Shown: positions 7,801-19,290 of the stretch, one piece after another
Layout: the number at the start of each line of letters is the position of its first letter
How positions within the stretch are numbered: position 1 is the stretch's first letter
Assembly (NCBI GenBank): GCA_963662265.2
Contig: CAXXHA010000027.1
Coordinates: forward strand, 1-21,504
Length of the DNA: 21,504 nt
Direction of reading: 5' to 3'
Source: Spirochaetia bacterium
GTDB lineage: Bacteria > Spirochaetota > Spirochaetia > CADAEX01
Program-made: the position numbers and the translations under genes
The notes under the pieces: model-generated
Told to the model about the DNA's origin: nothing
Databases searched by the model: none
Seen by the model: the letters and a program-made list of their open reading frames with translations, nothing else

Positions 7801-7980
7801 ATGAATAAAATCCTGACTTTTTTTAGAGAAAGTTACTCAGAACTTAAAAAAGTAGTATGGCCGAGCAAGGATGATGTAAGCGGTTCAACAAGGGTTGTAA
7901 TCGTTTCAACGCTTATTTTTGCGGCAGTTCTGGGTGTTGTAGATTTCCTCCTTCTGATGGGAATCGATCTGATATTTTAA
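7801..7980 (+). CDS. secE: Preprotein translocase subunit SecE
   Basis: MNKILTFFRESYSELKKVVWPSKDD followed by one TM helix (ELKKVxWP motif). GGGAG RBS before ATG 7801; lies upstream of nusG. Confidence 0.95.
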   Translation: MNKILTFFRESYSELKKVVWPSKDDVSGSTRVVIVSTLIFAAVLGVVDFLLLMGIDLIF

Positions 7981-7997
7981 GTGGAGTTTGATTGGTA

Positions 7998-8552
7998 ATG
8001 ACAAAAGGTTGGTATGTCCTTCATACTTACTCCGGGTATGAAAATAAGATAGAGAAACATATTCGTAAACTTATGGAGGAGCCCGGATTAGAGGATATTA
8101 TCCTTGATGTTAAAATCCCTGCCGAAGAGGTGGTGGAAGTCAGGGATGGTAAGAAAAGGGTGAGCTCAAGGAAATTTCTTCCCGGCTACATTCTTATTGA
8201 GATGGATATGCCGGACCGGGGCTGGAAAGATGCCTGTTCGCAGATAAAAAAGATACAGGGTGTAACCGGGTTTGTTGGAGCAATGGGTACTTCAAAGCCG
8301 AATCCTATATCAACCGAAGAGGTTAGGTCGATACTGCAGAAGACTGGTGAGATAAAAAGCACCAAGCATGTTGTTTCACGACAGACATTCAATGTCGGTG
8401 AATCAGTCAAGATTATCGGCGGACCTTTTGATACGTTTACCGGAAAAATTGAAGAAGTAAATGCTGAAAAAGGGAAACTTCGGGTAATGGTCGGAATATT
8501 CGGACGGTCTACACCTGTTGAAGTGGATTTCACACAGGTTGAGCAGATATAA
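7998..8552 (+). CDS. nusG: Transcription termination/antitermination factor NusG
   Basis: WYVLHTYSGYENK, KFLPGYILIEM, KOW motif VKIIGGPFDTFTGKI, IFGRSTPVEVDFTQV. ATG 7998 preferred; TTG 7992 is an alternative start. Confidence 0.97.
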   Translation: MTKGWYVLHTYSGYENKIEKHIRKLMEEPGLEDIILDVKIPAEEVVEVRDGKKRVSSRKFLPGYILIEMDMPDRGWKDACSQIKKIQGVTGFVGAMGTSKPNPISTEEVRSILQKTGEIKSTKHVVSRQTFNVGESVKIIGGPFDTFTGKIEEVNAEKGKLRVMVGIFGRSTPVEVDFTQVEQI

Positions 8553-8594
8553 CTTAAAGTATTAGTTCGCAGCCTCAAAAGTGTAGAAAATGAT

Positions 8595-8618
8595 AAATCC
8601 CCGTGAAAACGGGGTTTT
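8595..8618 (+). terminator. Putative intrinsic terminator/pause hairpin after nusG
   Basis: CCCCGT-GAAA-ACGGGG followed by TTTT. Confidence 0.55.
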
Positions 8619-8704
8619 GATGTCTGTACAGAATTTATACAGGCACGACAGAACATAAAACTCATTTTTATTTTATTGCTGATCATTCTTACAAGAAGAG
8701 TAAC

Positions 8705-8727
8705 ACGGTAAGTTTTACCGTTTTTTT
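8705..8727 (+). terminator. Terminator-like hairpin upstream of the rplK leader
   Basis: ACGGTAA-GTT-TTACCGT followed by a T-run to 8727. Confidence 0.45.
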
Positions 8728-8730
8728 AAT

Positions 8731-8765
8731 TTGGGAGTCCCTTTGTTGAAAGGGATGTTGACCAC
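8731..8765 (+). promoter_or_regulatory. Ribosomal protein L1 autoregulatory mRNA binding site (rplK leader)
   Basis: TTGGGAG-[TCCCTTT-GTTG-AAAGGGA]-TGTTG-ACCAC just upstream of the rplK RBS. This matches the GGGAG-hairpin-ACCAC architecture of L1-binding leaders that mimic 23S rRNA. Confidence 0.7.
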
Positions 8766-8780
8766 GATCTGGAGATAGAT

Positions 8781-9212
8781 ATGGCAAAGAAAAAGGTCGA
8801 AGCTTATATCAGGCTGCAGGTACCTGCCGGAAAGGCTACGCCTGCTCCGCCAGTCGGACCTGCACTCGGTCCACATGGAGTAAGCGCACCTCAGTTTGTA
8901 CAGCAGTTTAACGACAAAACAAAAAACATGGAGCCGGGTCTTGCTATACCGGTTGTAATCACTGTATATGCAGATAAGAGTTTTACTTTTATTACAAAAA
9001 CTCCCCCTGCAGCAGTACTTCTCAAGAAAGCTTGCGGACTTGACAAGGGTTCAGCAGAGCCTCACAAGGTTAAAGTTGCAAAAATTCCCCGAGCAGAAGT
9101 TCAGAAAATCGCTGAAACTAAAATGCCTGATCTTAATGCGAATGATATTGATGCTGCTATCAATATTATTTCAGGAACAGCACGAAGTATGGGTATAGAG
9201 GTGGAGAACTAG
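8781..9212 (+). CDS. rplK: 50S ribosomal protein L11
   Basis: [34 protein letters not shown]. Confidence 0.98.
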   Translation: MAKKKVEAYIRLQVPAGKATPAPPVGPALGPHGVSAPQFVQQFNDKTKNMEPGLAIPVVITVYADKSFTFITKTPPAAVLLKKACGLDKGSAEPHKVKVAKIPRAEVQKIAETKMPDLNANDIDAAINIISGTARSMGIEVEN

Positions 9213-9213
9213 T

Positions 9214-9885
9214 ATGAAAAGAGGGAAAAAATATCTTGAAGCAGTACAGAAGTATGAAAAACATACTCAGTACCCGGTAGAAGAAGCTGTAAAGATTGTA
9301 AAAGATGTTGCTTTTGCAAAATTCGATGAAACAGTAGAACTCTCAATAAAGCTTAAACTTAAAAAAAGCCAGGCAGTAAGAGACACTCTTGTACTTCCCC
9401 ACCAGTTTGCAGAAGCAAAGAAAGTTCTTGTATTTGCAAAAGGTGAAAAAGCTGAAGAAGCTAAGGAAGCAGGAGCAGCTTATGTCGGAGACACTGATCT
9501 TGTTGAAAAAATCAAAGACGGCTGGCTTGATTTTGATGTAGCTGTTGCTACACCTGATATGATGAAAGATGTTGGTCGTCTCGGACCTATTCTCGGTAGA
9601 AGAGGCCTTATGCCTAACCCGAAGACACAGACTGTTACATTTAACATCAAGGAAGCAATTGCTGAGCTTAATAAAGGTAGAGTTGAATACAGATCTGATA
9701 AAACAGGTGTTCTTCACCTTGCAATCGGAAAAGTATCAATGGATGCTGACAAAATGGCTGAGAATGTTGAGCTTGTGGTTTCAGAAGTTGAAAAGAAAAA
9801 GCCTGCTGATACAAAAGGGGATTTTATCCTTTCAGTGGCAGTTTCATCAACAATGGGCCCTGGCGTAAAAATCGCTGAAAAGTAG
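9214..9885 (+). CDS. rplA: 50S ribosomal protein L1
   Basis: [31 protein letters not shown]; starts 1 nt after the rplK stop. Confidence 0.98.
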   Translation: MKRGKKYLEAVQKYEKHTQYPVEEAVKIVKDVAFAKFDETVELSIKLKLKKSQAVRDTLVLPHQFAEAKKVLVFAKGEKAEEAKEAGAAYVGDTDLVEKIKDGWLDFDVAVATPDMMKDVGRLGPILGRRGLMPNPKTQTVTFNIKEAIAELNKGRVEYRSDKTGVLHLAIGKVSMDADKMAENVELVVSEVEKKKPADTKGDFILSVAVSSTMGPGVKIAEK

Positions 9886-9901
9886 GGCTGGAGGATAAAC
9901 T

Positions 9902-10438
9902 ATGTCAGAATACGTAACTAAAGTGCAGCCTGAAAAAGTAAAGGCTGTTTCAGAAATAAAAGAAAAATTTGAAACTGTTGATGACTTTATTGTAACAGAC
10001 TACAGAGGTCTTTCTGTAGGTCAGATTACTGAACTCAGAGGAAAGCTAAGAGAAGCTGGTGCTGAGTATAAAGTTGTTAAAAACAGATATGCAAAAATTG
10101 CGTTTAAAGAGCTTGGTCATGAAGGACTTGATGATGTTCTTGTAGGACCTACAGCTATAGCAATGGTTAAAGGGGAATCAGGACCTGCGGCAAAAGCGCT
10201 GTTCGGTTTTGCAAAAGATTCACCTGTTGAAATCAAGGGCGGTCTTGTAGATGGTAATGTTTTCGATGCTAAGCAGCTCGAGGCATTCTCAAAACTTCCT
10301 ACAAAGATCGATCTTATTGCTATGCTTATGAGCGCTATGAACGCTCCTGCTCAGAACCTTGTTTATGTGCTTAACGCGCCTGTTGAAAAACTCGCAAGAA
10401 CACTCAAGGCTGTTGCAGATAAAAAAGCATCGGAATAA
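9902..10438 (+). CDS. rplJ: 50S ribosomal protein L10
   Basis: DYRGLSVGQITELR, YKVVKN, GPTAIA, SKLPT; GGAGG RBS; canonical position. Confidence 0.97.
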   Translation: MSEYVTKVQPEKVKAVSEIKEKFETVDDFIVTDYRGLSVGQITELRGKLREAGAEYKVVKNRYAKIAFKELGHEGLDDVLVGPTAIAMVKGESGPAAKALFGFAKDSPVEIKGGLVDGNVFDAKQLEAFSKLPTKIDLIAMLMSAMNAPAQNLVYVLNAPVEKLARTLKAVADKKASE

Positions 10439-10560
10439 TTTTAAAATACTCTCTAATGCCTGTTTTTTTTAAACAGGTTTAGGGTTTAATAATCAGCATT
10501 AGTCTTCAAAATTGCCATGCTATTGCTGATAGCAAAATAAAACATAAAGGAGAAGGTAAT

Positions 10561-10944
10561 ATGGCTAACAAAGACGAAATACTTGAAGCAATTGCAGGAA
10601 TGACAGTTCTCGAAGTTTCAGAACTCGTAAGTGCAATGGAAGAAAAATTCGGAGTAACAGCAGCAGCACCTGTGGCAGTTGCAGCAGCTCCTGCAGCAGG
10701 CGGAGACGCTGGTGCAGCAGCAGAAGAAAAAACAGAATTTGATGTTGTTCTTACAGGAATTGCAGACGGTAAAAAAATCGGTGTAATCAAAGAAGTAAGA
10801 GCTGTAACTGGTCTTGGACTCAAAGAAGCTAAAGAAATGGTTGAAGGAGCTCCTCAGGCAGTTAAAGAAGGCGTTTCAAAAGAAGATGCAGATGCTCTCA
10901 AGGAAAAACTTGAAGCTGCTGGCGCTACTGTTGAAATTAAATAG
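10561..10944 (+). CDS. rplL: 50S ribosomal protein L7/L12
   Basis: [36 protein letters not shown]; AAGGAG RBS. Confidence 0.98.
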   Translation: MANKDEILEAIAGMTVLEVSELVSAMEEKFGVTAAAPVAVAAAPAAGGDAGAAAEEKTEFDVVLTGIADGKKIGVIKEVRAVTGLGLKEAKEMVEGAPQAVKEGVSKEDADALKEKLEAAGATVEIK

Positions 10945-10976
10945 TTTTGATTTAAAACTTAAAACCAAATCTCAAA

Positions 10977-11010
10977 ATGCCGGTAGTATATGTTTACTGC
11001 CGGTATATTA
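10977..11010 (+). terminator. Hairpin between rplL and rpoB (attenuator/terminator-like)
   Basis: 12-bp stem ATGCCGGTAGTA/TACTGCCGGTAT (two G-U pairs) followed by an AT-rich tract. Position is analogous to the E. coli rplL-rpoB attenuator. Confidence 0.5.
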
Positions 11011-11031
11011 TTCGTTAGGGGGTTATAGTTA

Positions 11032-14000
11032 ATGCTTGAAAGAGCTAAGGCTATTAAGCGGCAATATATCGGTAAGGAATATCATGAAGTCATGGAACTT
11101 CCGGGACTTGTTGATATTCAGTTATCGTCCTATGAGAAATTTCTTCAGAGGGACAGGCTGAAAAATAATGAAATGCTGCTGGAACAAGGGCTGGAAGAGG
11201 TTTTTCAGAGTGTTTTTCCGATAGAAAGTCCAAACGGGGATATGCTGCTGGAGTATACACAGTATACACTTGATGAAGAAGGGATTAAACTTGGTGAGTA
11301 TGAGTGTAAGCAGAAAGGTATAACCTATGCTGTCCCCCTTAAAGCAAAAATAAATCTAATTTTTCAGGAAACTGGTGAGATCAGACAGAAGCAGATATAT
11401 ATAGGTGATATACCTCTGATGACTGACAGAGGAACATTTATTATAAACGGTGCGGAAAGGGTTGTTGTAAGTCAGATTCACAGATCTCCCGGTGTAGTTT
11501 TTTCTTATGAAAAAGGGGTTTATTCTTCAAGAATTATCCCGTACAAAGGCTCCTGGCTGGAGTTTGAAATTGAACAGAAAAAAGACCTCATTTATGCGAA
11601 AATAGACAGAAAAAAGAGAATTCTGGGCACAATTTTCCTCCGTGCACTCGGATACGAGACACGGGAAGAGATAATTAACCTTTTTTATAAAACAACTTCA
11701 TTAAATATTAAAGATTTTGCAGACAGGAAAGAGGAAATTGTTGGTTCTGTTCTTGCTAAGGCTGTATTTGCCGGTGATGACAGCGGTAAGAAGCTTTACA
11801 GGGCAGGGGATAAGATTCTCCTTCATGATATAGATGAACTTCTCCACTCCGGTGTGGAAGAAATTGAAATAATTGATGCTGATAATGAAAATTCTCTCCA
11901 CTCAAACATTATTCTCAACTGTTTCGAGATGGAAGACATTAAATATGTCAGAGATGATTCTGATTCAGATGAGCCTACCAAGGAAGATGCTCTTTCTGCA
12001 GTATATTCTGTGCTTCTTCCGGGCGAGCCTATAACAGTTGAAAGTGCTGAAAAAGACCTTAAGTCAATGTTCTTTTCCTCAAGAAGGTATGACCTGGGTA
12101 AGGTTGGACGATACAAACTCAACAAGAAGTATGACTATGAACCTCAGAAAGATGACCAGATTCTTTTAAAGGAAGACATTGTAAACACAATGCTTTATCT
12201 TATCAGGGTTTATATAGGCGAGACCAATGTTGATGATATTGACCATCTCGGAAACAGAAGGGTCAGGTCTGTTGGGGAGCTTCTTGCAAACCAACTCAAG
12301 ACTGCTTTTGTCAGAATGGAGAGAATTGCAAAAGAAAGAATGTCTCTCAAGGAAACAGACACTATCAAGCCTCAGGATCTTATTTCCATAAAACCTATAG
12401 TAGCTGCAATCAAGGAATTTTTCGGTTCCAGTCAGCTTTCGCAGTTTATGGACCAGGTTAACCCGCTTTCAGAGCTTACTCACAAGAGAAGGCTTAATGC
12501 TCTCGGTCCTGGAGGACTTTCAAGAGACAGGGCAGGATTTGAGGTAAGGGATGTACATTATACACATTACGGAAGAATGTGTCCTATTGAAACACCTGAA
12601 GGTCCGAATATCGGTCTTATTGTTTCGCTTGCGAACTATACAAAGGTAAATGATTACGGATTCCTTGAAACACCATACAGGAAAGTTGTTGATGGAAAAG
12701 CATCAAAAGATGTTGAATACCTTTCTGCGATGGATGAAGAGAAGTATTTTATCGCACAGGCGAATGCTCCTATTGATAAAGACGGAAACTTTAAAAATGA
12801 CCAGATTGCAGTAAGAAAATCTGGCGACTATTCATCAAGAGAACCTGAAGGGATACAGTACATGGATGTTTCACCGAAACAGGTAATATCTGTTTCAACA
12901 TCGCTTATTCCTTTTCTTGAGCATGATGATGCGAACCGTGCACTCATGGGTTCAAACATGATGAGGCAGGCAGTTCCTCTTCTCTTCCCTGATTCACCGA
13001 TTGTCGGTACAGGTATGGAAGAAAAAACTGCTTATGACTCAGGTGTTGTTATAAAGGCCAGAGAAGCAGGTGTTGTCAAGTATGTATCTGCAGACAAGGT
13101 TGTTATTCACGAAGATGAATCCGGAAATGATACAGAATACAGGGTACTCAGGTATCAGAGAACAAACCAGGATACATGTTTTACTCAGAGACCTACAGTA
13201 AATGCAGGTGATAAAATTGCGAAGGGCGGTGTTCTTGCAGACGGACCTGCAACTTCCCACGGGGAGCTTGCGCTTGGTAAGAATGTACTTGTGGCTTTCC
13301 TTCCATGGAACGGCTACAACTATGAGGATGCTATCCTTATCTCTGAAAAAGTTGTCAAGGAAGATGTTTTTACATCAGTACATATAAAGGAATTTGTCAC
13401 AGAAGTAAGGGAAACCAAGCTAGGTACAGAAAAACTTACAAGGGATATCCCGAACACAAGTGAAAAAACACTTGAGCAGCTTGATGAAGAAGGTATTGTA
13501 AGGATCGGGGCAAAAGTTAAGTCCAACTATATTCTTGTTGGAAAGGTGACTCCCAAGTCTGAAACTGAAACAACTCCGGAATTCAAGCTTCTAAACTCAA
13601 TCTTCGGTGAAAAGGCGAAAGAGGTGAGAGACACCTCTCTCAGGGTGCCTCACGGTGTTGAAGGTACTGTAATTGATATACAGAGACTTAAGAGAACTGA
13701 GGGTGATGATCTCAATCCGGGAGTGGATGAGGTTGTCAAGATTCTTATAGCTACAAAACGTAAGCTTAAAGAAGGTGACAAGATGGCCGGGCGTCATGGT
13801 AACAAGGGTGTTGTTGCAAGAATACTTCCAGAAGAGGATATGCCTTTCATGGAAGACGGAACACCTCTTGATATCTGTCTTAATGCGCTTGGTGTACCGT
13901 CACGAATGAACCTTGGTCAGCTTATGGAAACAAGTCTCGGCTGGGCAGGATATGCGCTTAATGAGAAATATGCATCACCTGTATTCCAGTCAGCGACAAA

Positions 14001-14520
14001 TGAAATGATTTCAGACAAGCTTACAGAAGCTGAACTTCCCGAGAGTTCAAAAACTGTTTTATATGACGGTCTTACAGGAGAGCCTTTTGTTAACCCTGTA
14101 ATGGTCGGATGTGTATATATGCTGAAGCTTCACCATCTTGTTGATGACAAGATGCATGCAAGATCTACAGGACCTTACTCTCTTGTAACTCAGCAGCCTC
14201 TGGGCGGTAAGGCTCAGTTCGGTGGTCAGAGACTAGGAGAGATGGAAGTCTGGGCTCTTGAAGCTTACGGTGCGGCAAATACACTGCAGGAATTTATAAC
14301 AATCAAGTCTGATGATATGGCGGGAAGAGCCAAGATATATGAAAGTATTGTGAAAGGTGAACCCAACTCAGCAGCCGGAATACCTGAAGCATTCAATGTA
14401 ATTGTTCAGGAATTGAGGGGGCTTGCACTTGATATTTCCATCTGGGATTCAAGAGACAGACAGGTGCCTCTTACAGAGCGTGACGAGGAACTGATTAACA
14501 GACAGGGAACTAATTTCTAG
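11032..14520 (+). CDS. rpoB: DNA-directed RNA polymerase subunit beta
   Basis: [67 protein letters not shown]. Confidence 0.99.
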   Translation: MLERAKAIKRQYIGKEYHEVMELPGLVDIQLSSYEKFLQRDRLKNNEMLLEQGLEEVFQSVFPIESPNGDMLLEYTQYTLDEEGIKLGEYECKQKGITYAVPLKAKINLIFQETGEIRQKQIYIGDIPLMTDRGTFIINGAERVVVSQIHRSPGVVFSYEKGVYSSRIIPYKGSWLEFEIEQKKDLIYAKIDRKKRILGTIFLRALGYETREEIINLFYKTTSLNIKDFADRKEEIVGSVLAKAVFAGDDSGKKLYRAGDKILLHDIDELLHSGVEEIEIIDADNENSLHSNIILNCFEMEDIKYVRDDSDSDEPTKEDALSAVYSVLLPGEPITVESAEKDLKSMFFSSRRYDLGKVGRYKLNKKYDYEPQKDDQILLKEDIVNTMLYLIRVYIGETNVDDIDHLGNRRVRSVGELLANQLKTAFVRMERIAKERMSLKETDTIKPQDLISIKPIVAAIKEFFGSSQLSQFMDQVNPLSELTHKRRLNALGPGGLSRDRAGFEVRDVHYTHYGRMCPIETPEGPNIGLIVSLANYTKVNDYGFLETPYRKVVDGKASKDVEYLSAMDEEKYFIAQANAPIDKDGNFKNDQIAVRKSGDYSSREPEGIQYMDVSPKQVISVSTSLIPFLEHDDANRALMGSNMMRQAVPLLFPDSPIVGTGMEEKTAYDSGVVIKAREAGVVKYVSADKVVIHEDESGNDTEYRVLRYQRTNQDTCFTQRPTVNAGDKIAKGGVLADGPATSHGELALGKNVLVAFLPWNGYNYEDAILISEKVVKEDVFTSVHIKEFVTEVRETKLGTEKLTRDIPNTSEKTLEQLDEEGIVRIGAKVKSNYILVGKVTPKSETETTPEFKLLNSIFGEKAKEVRDTSLRVPHGVEGTVIDIQRLKRTEGDDLNPGVDEVVKILIATKRKLKEGDKMAGRHGNKGVVARILPEEDMPFMEDGTPLDICLNALGVPSRMNLGQLMETSLGWAGYALNEKYASPVFQSATNEMISDKLTEAELPESSKTVLYDGLTGEPFVNPVMVGCVYMLKLHHLVDDKMHARSTGPYSLVTQQPLGGKAQFGGQRLGEMEVWALEAYGAANTLQEFITIKSDDMAGRAKIYESIVKGEPNSAAGIPEAFNVIVQELRGLALDISIWDSRDRQVPLTERDEELINRQGTNF

Positions 14521-14536
14521 TCAGGAAGGGTAGTTG

Positions 14537-17500
14537 ATGAGAGAAATGCAGGACTTTGATAATATAAAAATTAAACTCGCTTCACCGGAACAGATCAGAG
14601 CATGGTCTTACGGTGAAGTGAAAAAACCGGAAACAATTAACTACAGAACTCTGCGTCCTGAAAAAGACGGGCTTTTCTGTGAAAGAATTTTCGGTACAAC
14701 AAAAGAATGGGAATGTTACTGCGGTAAATTCAAGTCTATCCGGTATAAAGGGGTAATCTGTGACAGGTGCGGAGTTGAGGTAACTCACTTCAAGGTCAGA
14801 AGGGAGAGAATGGGGCATATTGAACTTGCTTCTCCAGTTTCGCACATATGGTATTACAGGTCTGTCCCTTCAAGAATGGGTCTTCTTCTGGATCTTACTG
14901 TGGCTTCACTCCGTTCAATTCTTTACTATGAAAAATATATAGTAATTGATGCCGGTGATACAGAACTCAATAAATATGATCTCCTTTCAGAGGAAGAATA
15001 TAACGAGGCTGTTGAAAGATACGGTATGAGTTTTACTGCAGGCATTGGTGCCGAAGCAATAAGAACTCTTCTTGAAACACTTGATCTTGACGGACTTTCT
15101 GCTGAGCTTCGAATGAAGATGATGGAGAAAGGTGCAAAGGCAGACAGGAGACTTCTCAAGAGAATTGAAATAGTTGAGAATTTCAGGGATTCAAGCAATA
15201 AACCGGAATGGATGATTCTTGATGTGATCCCTGTTATTCCGCCGGAACTGAGGCCTATGGTTCAGCTTGAAGGTGGAAGGTTTGCAACATCAGACCTCAA
15301 TGATCTTTACAGAAGGGTAATAAACAGAAATAACAGGCTTAAACGGCTTATGGCACTCAATGCTCCTGATATTATTATCAGGAACGAGAAAAGAATGCTT
15401 CAGGAAGCTGTTGATGCTCTTTTTGATAATTCAAAGAAGAAGAAGGTGGTCAAGGGATCTGCAAACAGGCCTCTTAAATCACTTTCAGATATGCTTAAAG
15501 GTAAGCAGGGACGATTCAGACAGAACCTTCTCGGAAAGCGAGTTGACTATTCAGGACGGTCTGTAATTGTAGTAGGTCCTAATCTCAAGCTGCATCAGTG
15601 CGGGCTTCCTTCGAAAATGGCTCTTGAGCTTTACAAGCCGTTTATAATGAAGAAGCTTGTTGAAAAAGATGTTGTTTATAATATAAAGAAGGCAAAAACA
15701 CTTGTAGAGCAGGAAACATCAGAAGTATGGGCAGTGCTTGACGAGGTAGTAAAGGAACATCCTGTTCTTCTGAACAGGGCGCCGACTCTTCATAGGCTCG
15801 GTATCCAGGCTTTTGAACCTGTTCTTGTACAGGGTAAGGCTATCCGTCTTCATCCTCTTGTATGTCATGCGTATAATGCCGACTTTGACGGTGACCAGAT
15901 GGCTGTGCATGTGCCTCTTACTCAGGCTGCGCAGATAGAATGCTGGACACTCATGATGGCTGTAAACAACCTCCTGAACCCTGCAAACGGTTCACCGGTT
16001 GTTTTCCCTTCACTTGATATGGTGCTTGGTATCAACTATCTTACTATTGTAAAAAAAGGCGCCAAAGGTGAAGGCAAGTACTACAGCAGTGCGGACGAGG
16101 TGCTTCTTGCACTTGATGCAGGATCTGTTGAATACAATGCGCTTATAAAGGTTCAGCTTGATGGTGAGTATATAGAGACAACTCCGGGAAGAATTATTTT
16201 CAATGAGGAAATGCCGGATGAGCTTGAGTATGTGAATTACCCGCTTGCAGATAAGGAGCTTAAGGCTCTTGCGGCTGAATGTTTTAAAAACAACGGCGCT
16301 TCTGTAACAGTAAGAATGCTTGATTCTATCAAGGATCTCGGATTCAGGTATGTAACAAAATTCGGTGCAACAATCAGTATGGCTGATATTGTAATTCCTG
16401 ATGAAAAGAAAAATCTTATTGAAGATGCGAATAATCAGGTTGTGACAATTCAGAACCAGTACCAGCAGGGGCATATTACCCAGGATGAGAGATACAATAG
16501 GGTAGTTGAGGTATGGAGTAAGACTAACGAGGACCTTACAACTGTGCTTATGGACAACCTTAAAAAAGATATGGAAGGACTCAACCCTGTATATCTTATG
16601 GCAAGTTCAGGAGCCAGGGGTTCAAGGACACAGCTCAGGCAGCTCTGCGGTATGCGAGGTCTTATGGCCAAACCTTCCGGAGATATTATTGAGCTTCCTA
16701 TCCGTTCAAACTTCAAGGAAGGTCTCTCAATTATAGAATTCTTTATTTCAACAAACGGTGCCAGAAAAGGTCTTGCAGATACAGCTCTTAAAACAGCTGA
16801 TGCGGGATATCTTACAAGGCGTCTTGTAGATATTGCTCAGGATGTTGTAATCAATGAAGAGGACTGCGGAACAATCAACGGTATTGTGGTGAGTGCTCTT
16901 AAAGACGGTGAGGAGATTGTGGAAGCACTGTCTGACAGAATTGAAGGACGGTTTACGCTTGAAAGGGTTAAGCATCCGATTACAGGTGAAATCATCATTG
17001 ATGTGAATGAGCAGATTACAGATGAATATGCCAAGCAGATCGAAGAAGCAGGTATTGAATCTGTAAGAATCAGGTCTGTACTTACATGTGATTCAAAATT
17101 CGGAGTCTGCCAGAAATGTTACGGCAGAAACCTTGCTACAAACAAGACAGTGGAAATCGGGGAAGCTGTAGGTATTATTGCAGCCCAGTCTATCGGTCAG
17201 CCTGGAACTCAGCTTACAATGAGAACCTTCCATATCGGGGGGGCAGCTACAAAGGCGAGTGAAGAGAACCGGGTATATATGAAGTATCCGGTGATAATAA
17301 GCGGAATAACCGGAAATACTGTTGAACTTGATAACGGTGATGTTCTCTTTACAAGAAAAGGACATATTCTTGTTACAAAGATTTTTGAATCATTCAAGCT
17401 TGAAGACAGTGATGAAGTTCTCATTGAAGAGGGCGGAAAAGTAATAAGCGGTCAGGCTGTAATAAAGAGAAACGGCGAAGAAATAGCATCCAGGGAAATT

Positions 17501-18766
17501 GCATATGTAACAATAAAAGACGGTGTTCTTTATCTTATTTCCCAGGATCAGAAAATTGAGATCAGAAACGGTGCGGAGCTTCTTGTCAAGGAAGGTGATG
17601 TAGTCGAGGCTGAAGAATCAATTGCAAGGTTTGACCCGTTCTCTGAACCTATTATTGCCGAATATAACGGTAATGTTAAATTTTACGATATTATCCAGGG
17701 TACAACTCTTAAAGAAGAAATTGACGAAGATACAGGTAATATAGAGAAAAAGATTACTGAATTCAGTCTTGAAACACTTCAGCCGAGAGTTGTTATTGAG
17801 GATGAAAACGGTGAGGAACAGGCAGTTTATTACCTGCCTGGATCATCATACATAAATGTTAATGACGGTGACAAAATTGTTGCCGGAAAAACTATAGCAA
17901 AACTCCTGAAAGAGTCTGTAAAAACAAGAGATATTACAGGTGGTCTTCCAAGGGTTGGTGAGCTTTTTGAAGCACGAAAACCCAAGAGTATTGCAATTCT
18001 TGCCTTGATTACAGGTAAGGTAAAATTCGGTGGAATTATCAAGGGTAAACGTCTTATAATTGTATCAGACGACAGAGATGTTGAATATAAGCACCTTGTT
18101 CCCATGGGTAAACACCTCCTTGTAAGGGACGGAGATATTGTTGAAGCAGGTGAACCGCTCTGTGACGGAGACAAGGATCCGCATGATATTCTCGATATTC
18201 TCGGAGAAAATGCACTCCAGTCATTCCTTATGAATGAGGTTCAGGAAGTCTACAGGCTTCAGGGTGTACATATCAATGATAAACACATCGGTGTAATTAT
18301 CAGGCAGATGATGAGGAAAGTTGAAATTACCCATGTTGGTGATACTTCTTTTATTCAGGGCCACCAGGTTGATAAGTACAAGTTCCACGAGGAAAATGAA
18401 AAAGTAATGAAAGAGGGCGGTGAGGCAGCAGTTGCTAAACCACTTCTTCTCGGTATTACAAGAGCTTCTCTTAATATCGACTCTTTCCTTTCAGCTGCAT
18501 CATTCCAGGAAACAACAAGGGTTCTTACGAATGCTGCAATTGCCGGAAAGGTTGATAACCTGAGAGGTCTTAAGGAAAATATTATTATTGGTCATCTGAT
18601 TCCGGCAGGTACAGGACAGAAGAAGTATAAAGATATCAAACTTTATGATGATAATAAAGAAGATCTTGATGCATCAGTTCAGAGTATTATTGAAGCAAGG
18701 AAGAAAGAAGACCTTGAAGCAGCGGGGGCTGAGCCGCGGCAGCATAGTCTGGATGAGCTTGACTAG
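14537..18766 (+). CDS. rpoC: DNA-directed RNA polymerase subunit beta'
   Basis: Zn-binding cysteines, [12 protein letters not shown], catalytic [26 protein letters not shown]. Start is ATG 14537 or TTG 14534. Confidence 0.99.
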   Translation: MREMQDFDNIKIKLASPEQIRAWSYGEVKKPETINYRTLRPEKDGLFCERIFGTTKEWECYCGKFKSIRYKGVICDRCGVEVTHFKVRRERMGHIELASPVSHIWYYRSVPSRMGLLLDLTVASLRSILYYEKYIVIDAGDTELNKYDLLSEEEYNEAVERYGMSFTAGIGAEAIRTLLETLDLDGLSAELRMKMMEKGAKADRRLLKRIEIVENFRDSSNKPEWMILDVIPVIPPELRPMVQLEGGRFATSDLNDLYRRVINRNNRLKRLMALNAPDIIIRNEKRMLQEAVDALFDNSKKKKVVKGSANRPLKSLSDMLKGKQGRFRQNLLGKRVDYSGRSVIVVGPNLKLHQCGLPSKMALELYKPFIMKKLVEKDVVYNIKKAKTLVEQETSEVWAVLDEVVKEHPVLLNRAPTLHRLGIQAFEPVLVQGKAIRLHPLVCHAYNADFDGDQMAVHVPLTQAAQIECWTLMMAVNNLLNPANGSPVVFPSLDMVLGINYLTIVKKGAKGEGKYYSSADEVLLALDAGSVEYNALIKVQLDGEYIETTPGRIIFNEEMPDELEYVNYPLADKELKALAAECFKNNGASVTVRMLDSIKDLGFRYVTKFGATISMADIVIPDEKKNLIEDANNQVVTIQNQYQQGHITQDERYNRVVEVWSKTNEDLTTVLMDNLKKDMEGLNPVYLMASSGARGSRTQLRQLCGMRGLMAKPSGDIIELPIRSNFKEGLSIIEFFISTNGARKGLADTALKTADAGYLTRRLVDIAQDVVINEEDCGTINGIVVSALKDGEEIVEALSDRIEGRFTLERVKHPITGEIIIDVNEQITDEYAKQIEEAGIESVRIRSVLTCDSKFGVCQKCYGRNLATNKTVEIGEAVGIIAAQSIGQPGTQLTMRTFHIGGAATKASEENRVYMKYPVIISGITGNTVELDNGDVLFTRKGHILVTKIFESFKLEDSDEVLIEEGGKVISGQAVIKRNGEEIASREIAYVTIKDGVLYLISQDQKIEIRNGAELLVKEGDVVEAEESIARFDPFSEPIIAEYNGNVKFYDIIQGTTLKEEIDEDTGNIEKKITEFSLETLQPRVVIEDENGEEQAVYYLPGSSYINVNDGDKIVAGKTIAKLLKESVKTRDITGGLPRVGELFEARKPKSIAILALITGKVKFGGIIKGKRLIIVSDDRDVEYKHLVPMGKHLLVRDGDIVEAGEPLCDGDKDPHDILDILGENALQSFLMNEVQEVYRLQGVHINDKHIGVIIRQMMRKVEITHVGDTSFIQGHQVDKYKFHEENEKVMKEGGEAAVAKPLLLGITRASLNIDSFLSAASFQETTRVLTNAAIAGKVDNLRGLKENIIIGHLIPAGTGQKKYKDIKLYDDNKEDLDASVQSIIEARKKEDLEAAGAEPRQHSLDELD

Positions 18767-18777
18767 GTCCAGAGGGG

Positions 18778-18813
18778 AGTCGGGAGCTTGGGGTTTCAGC
18801 TCTTGACTTTTTT
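18778..18813 (+). terminator. Intrinsic terminator after rpoC
   Basis: AGTCGGGAGCT / AGCTCTTGACT stem (11 bp with G-U pairs) followed by a T-run. Confidence 0.7.
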
Positions 18814-18831
18814 AATGACGGTTGTTAACCT
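18803..18831 (+). promoter_or_regulatory. Putative sigma70 promoter of the rpsL (str) operon, overlapping the rpoC terminator
   Basis: TTGACT (18803-18808), 17-nt spacer, TG-n-TAACCT (18826-18831). Confidence 0.5.
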
Positions 18832-18900
18832 TCATAGTCAGTAATTTCCGGCAGGTCAAATGATCTGCTAAAAAAATATTTCTAGGAGATGTGTTGTTAA

Positions 18901-19275
18901 ATGCCAACAATTAACCAGTTAATTAGAAAAGGAAGAAAGAAGACACTGAAGAAAACAAAGTCTCCTGCGCTTGATAGCTGTCCGCAGAAAAGAGGTGTAT
19001 GTACAAGGGTTATGACAGTAACACCTAAAAAGCCGAATTCTGCTCTCAGAAAGGTTGCAAGGGTAAGACTTACAAACGGAATTGAAGTCACAGCATATAT
19101 TCCAGGTATTGGTCATAATTTACAGGAACACTCAGTTATTCTTTTAAGAGGCGGAAGGGTAAAAGACCTTCCAGGTGTAAGGTATCATATTGTCCGAGGT
19201 GCTAAAGATACTCTTGGTGTTGAAGACAGAAGACGTTCAAGATCAAAGTATGGTACAAAGAGACCAAAGGCTTAA
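18901..19275 (+). CDS. rpsL: 30S ribosomal protein S12
   Basis: [32 protein letters not shown]. Confidence 0.99.
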   Translation: MPTINQLIRKGRKKTLKKTKSPALDSCPQKRGVCTRVMTVTPKKPNSALRKVARVRLTNGIEVTAYIPGIGHNLQEHSVILLRGGRVKDLPGVRYHIVRGAKDTLGVEDRRRSRSKYGTKRPKA

Positions 19276-19290
19276 TAGGGGATTATAGGT

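Noticed and set aside
11032-18766. Inteins, introns or an rpoB-rpoC fusion
   Set aside because: Both genes have ordinary lengths (1162 and ~1409 aa), separate stop and start codons, and no intein or homing-endonuclease motifs.
18901-19275. Streptomycin-resistance substitutions in S12
   Set aside because: TPKKPNSA and RVKDLPG are wild-type.
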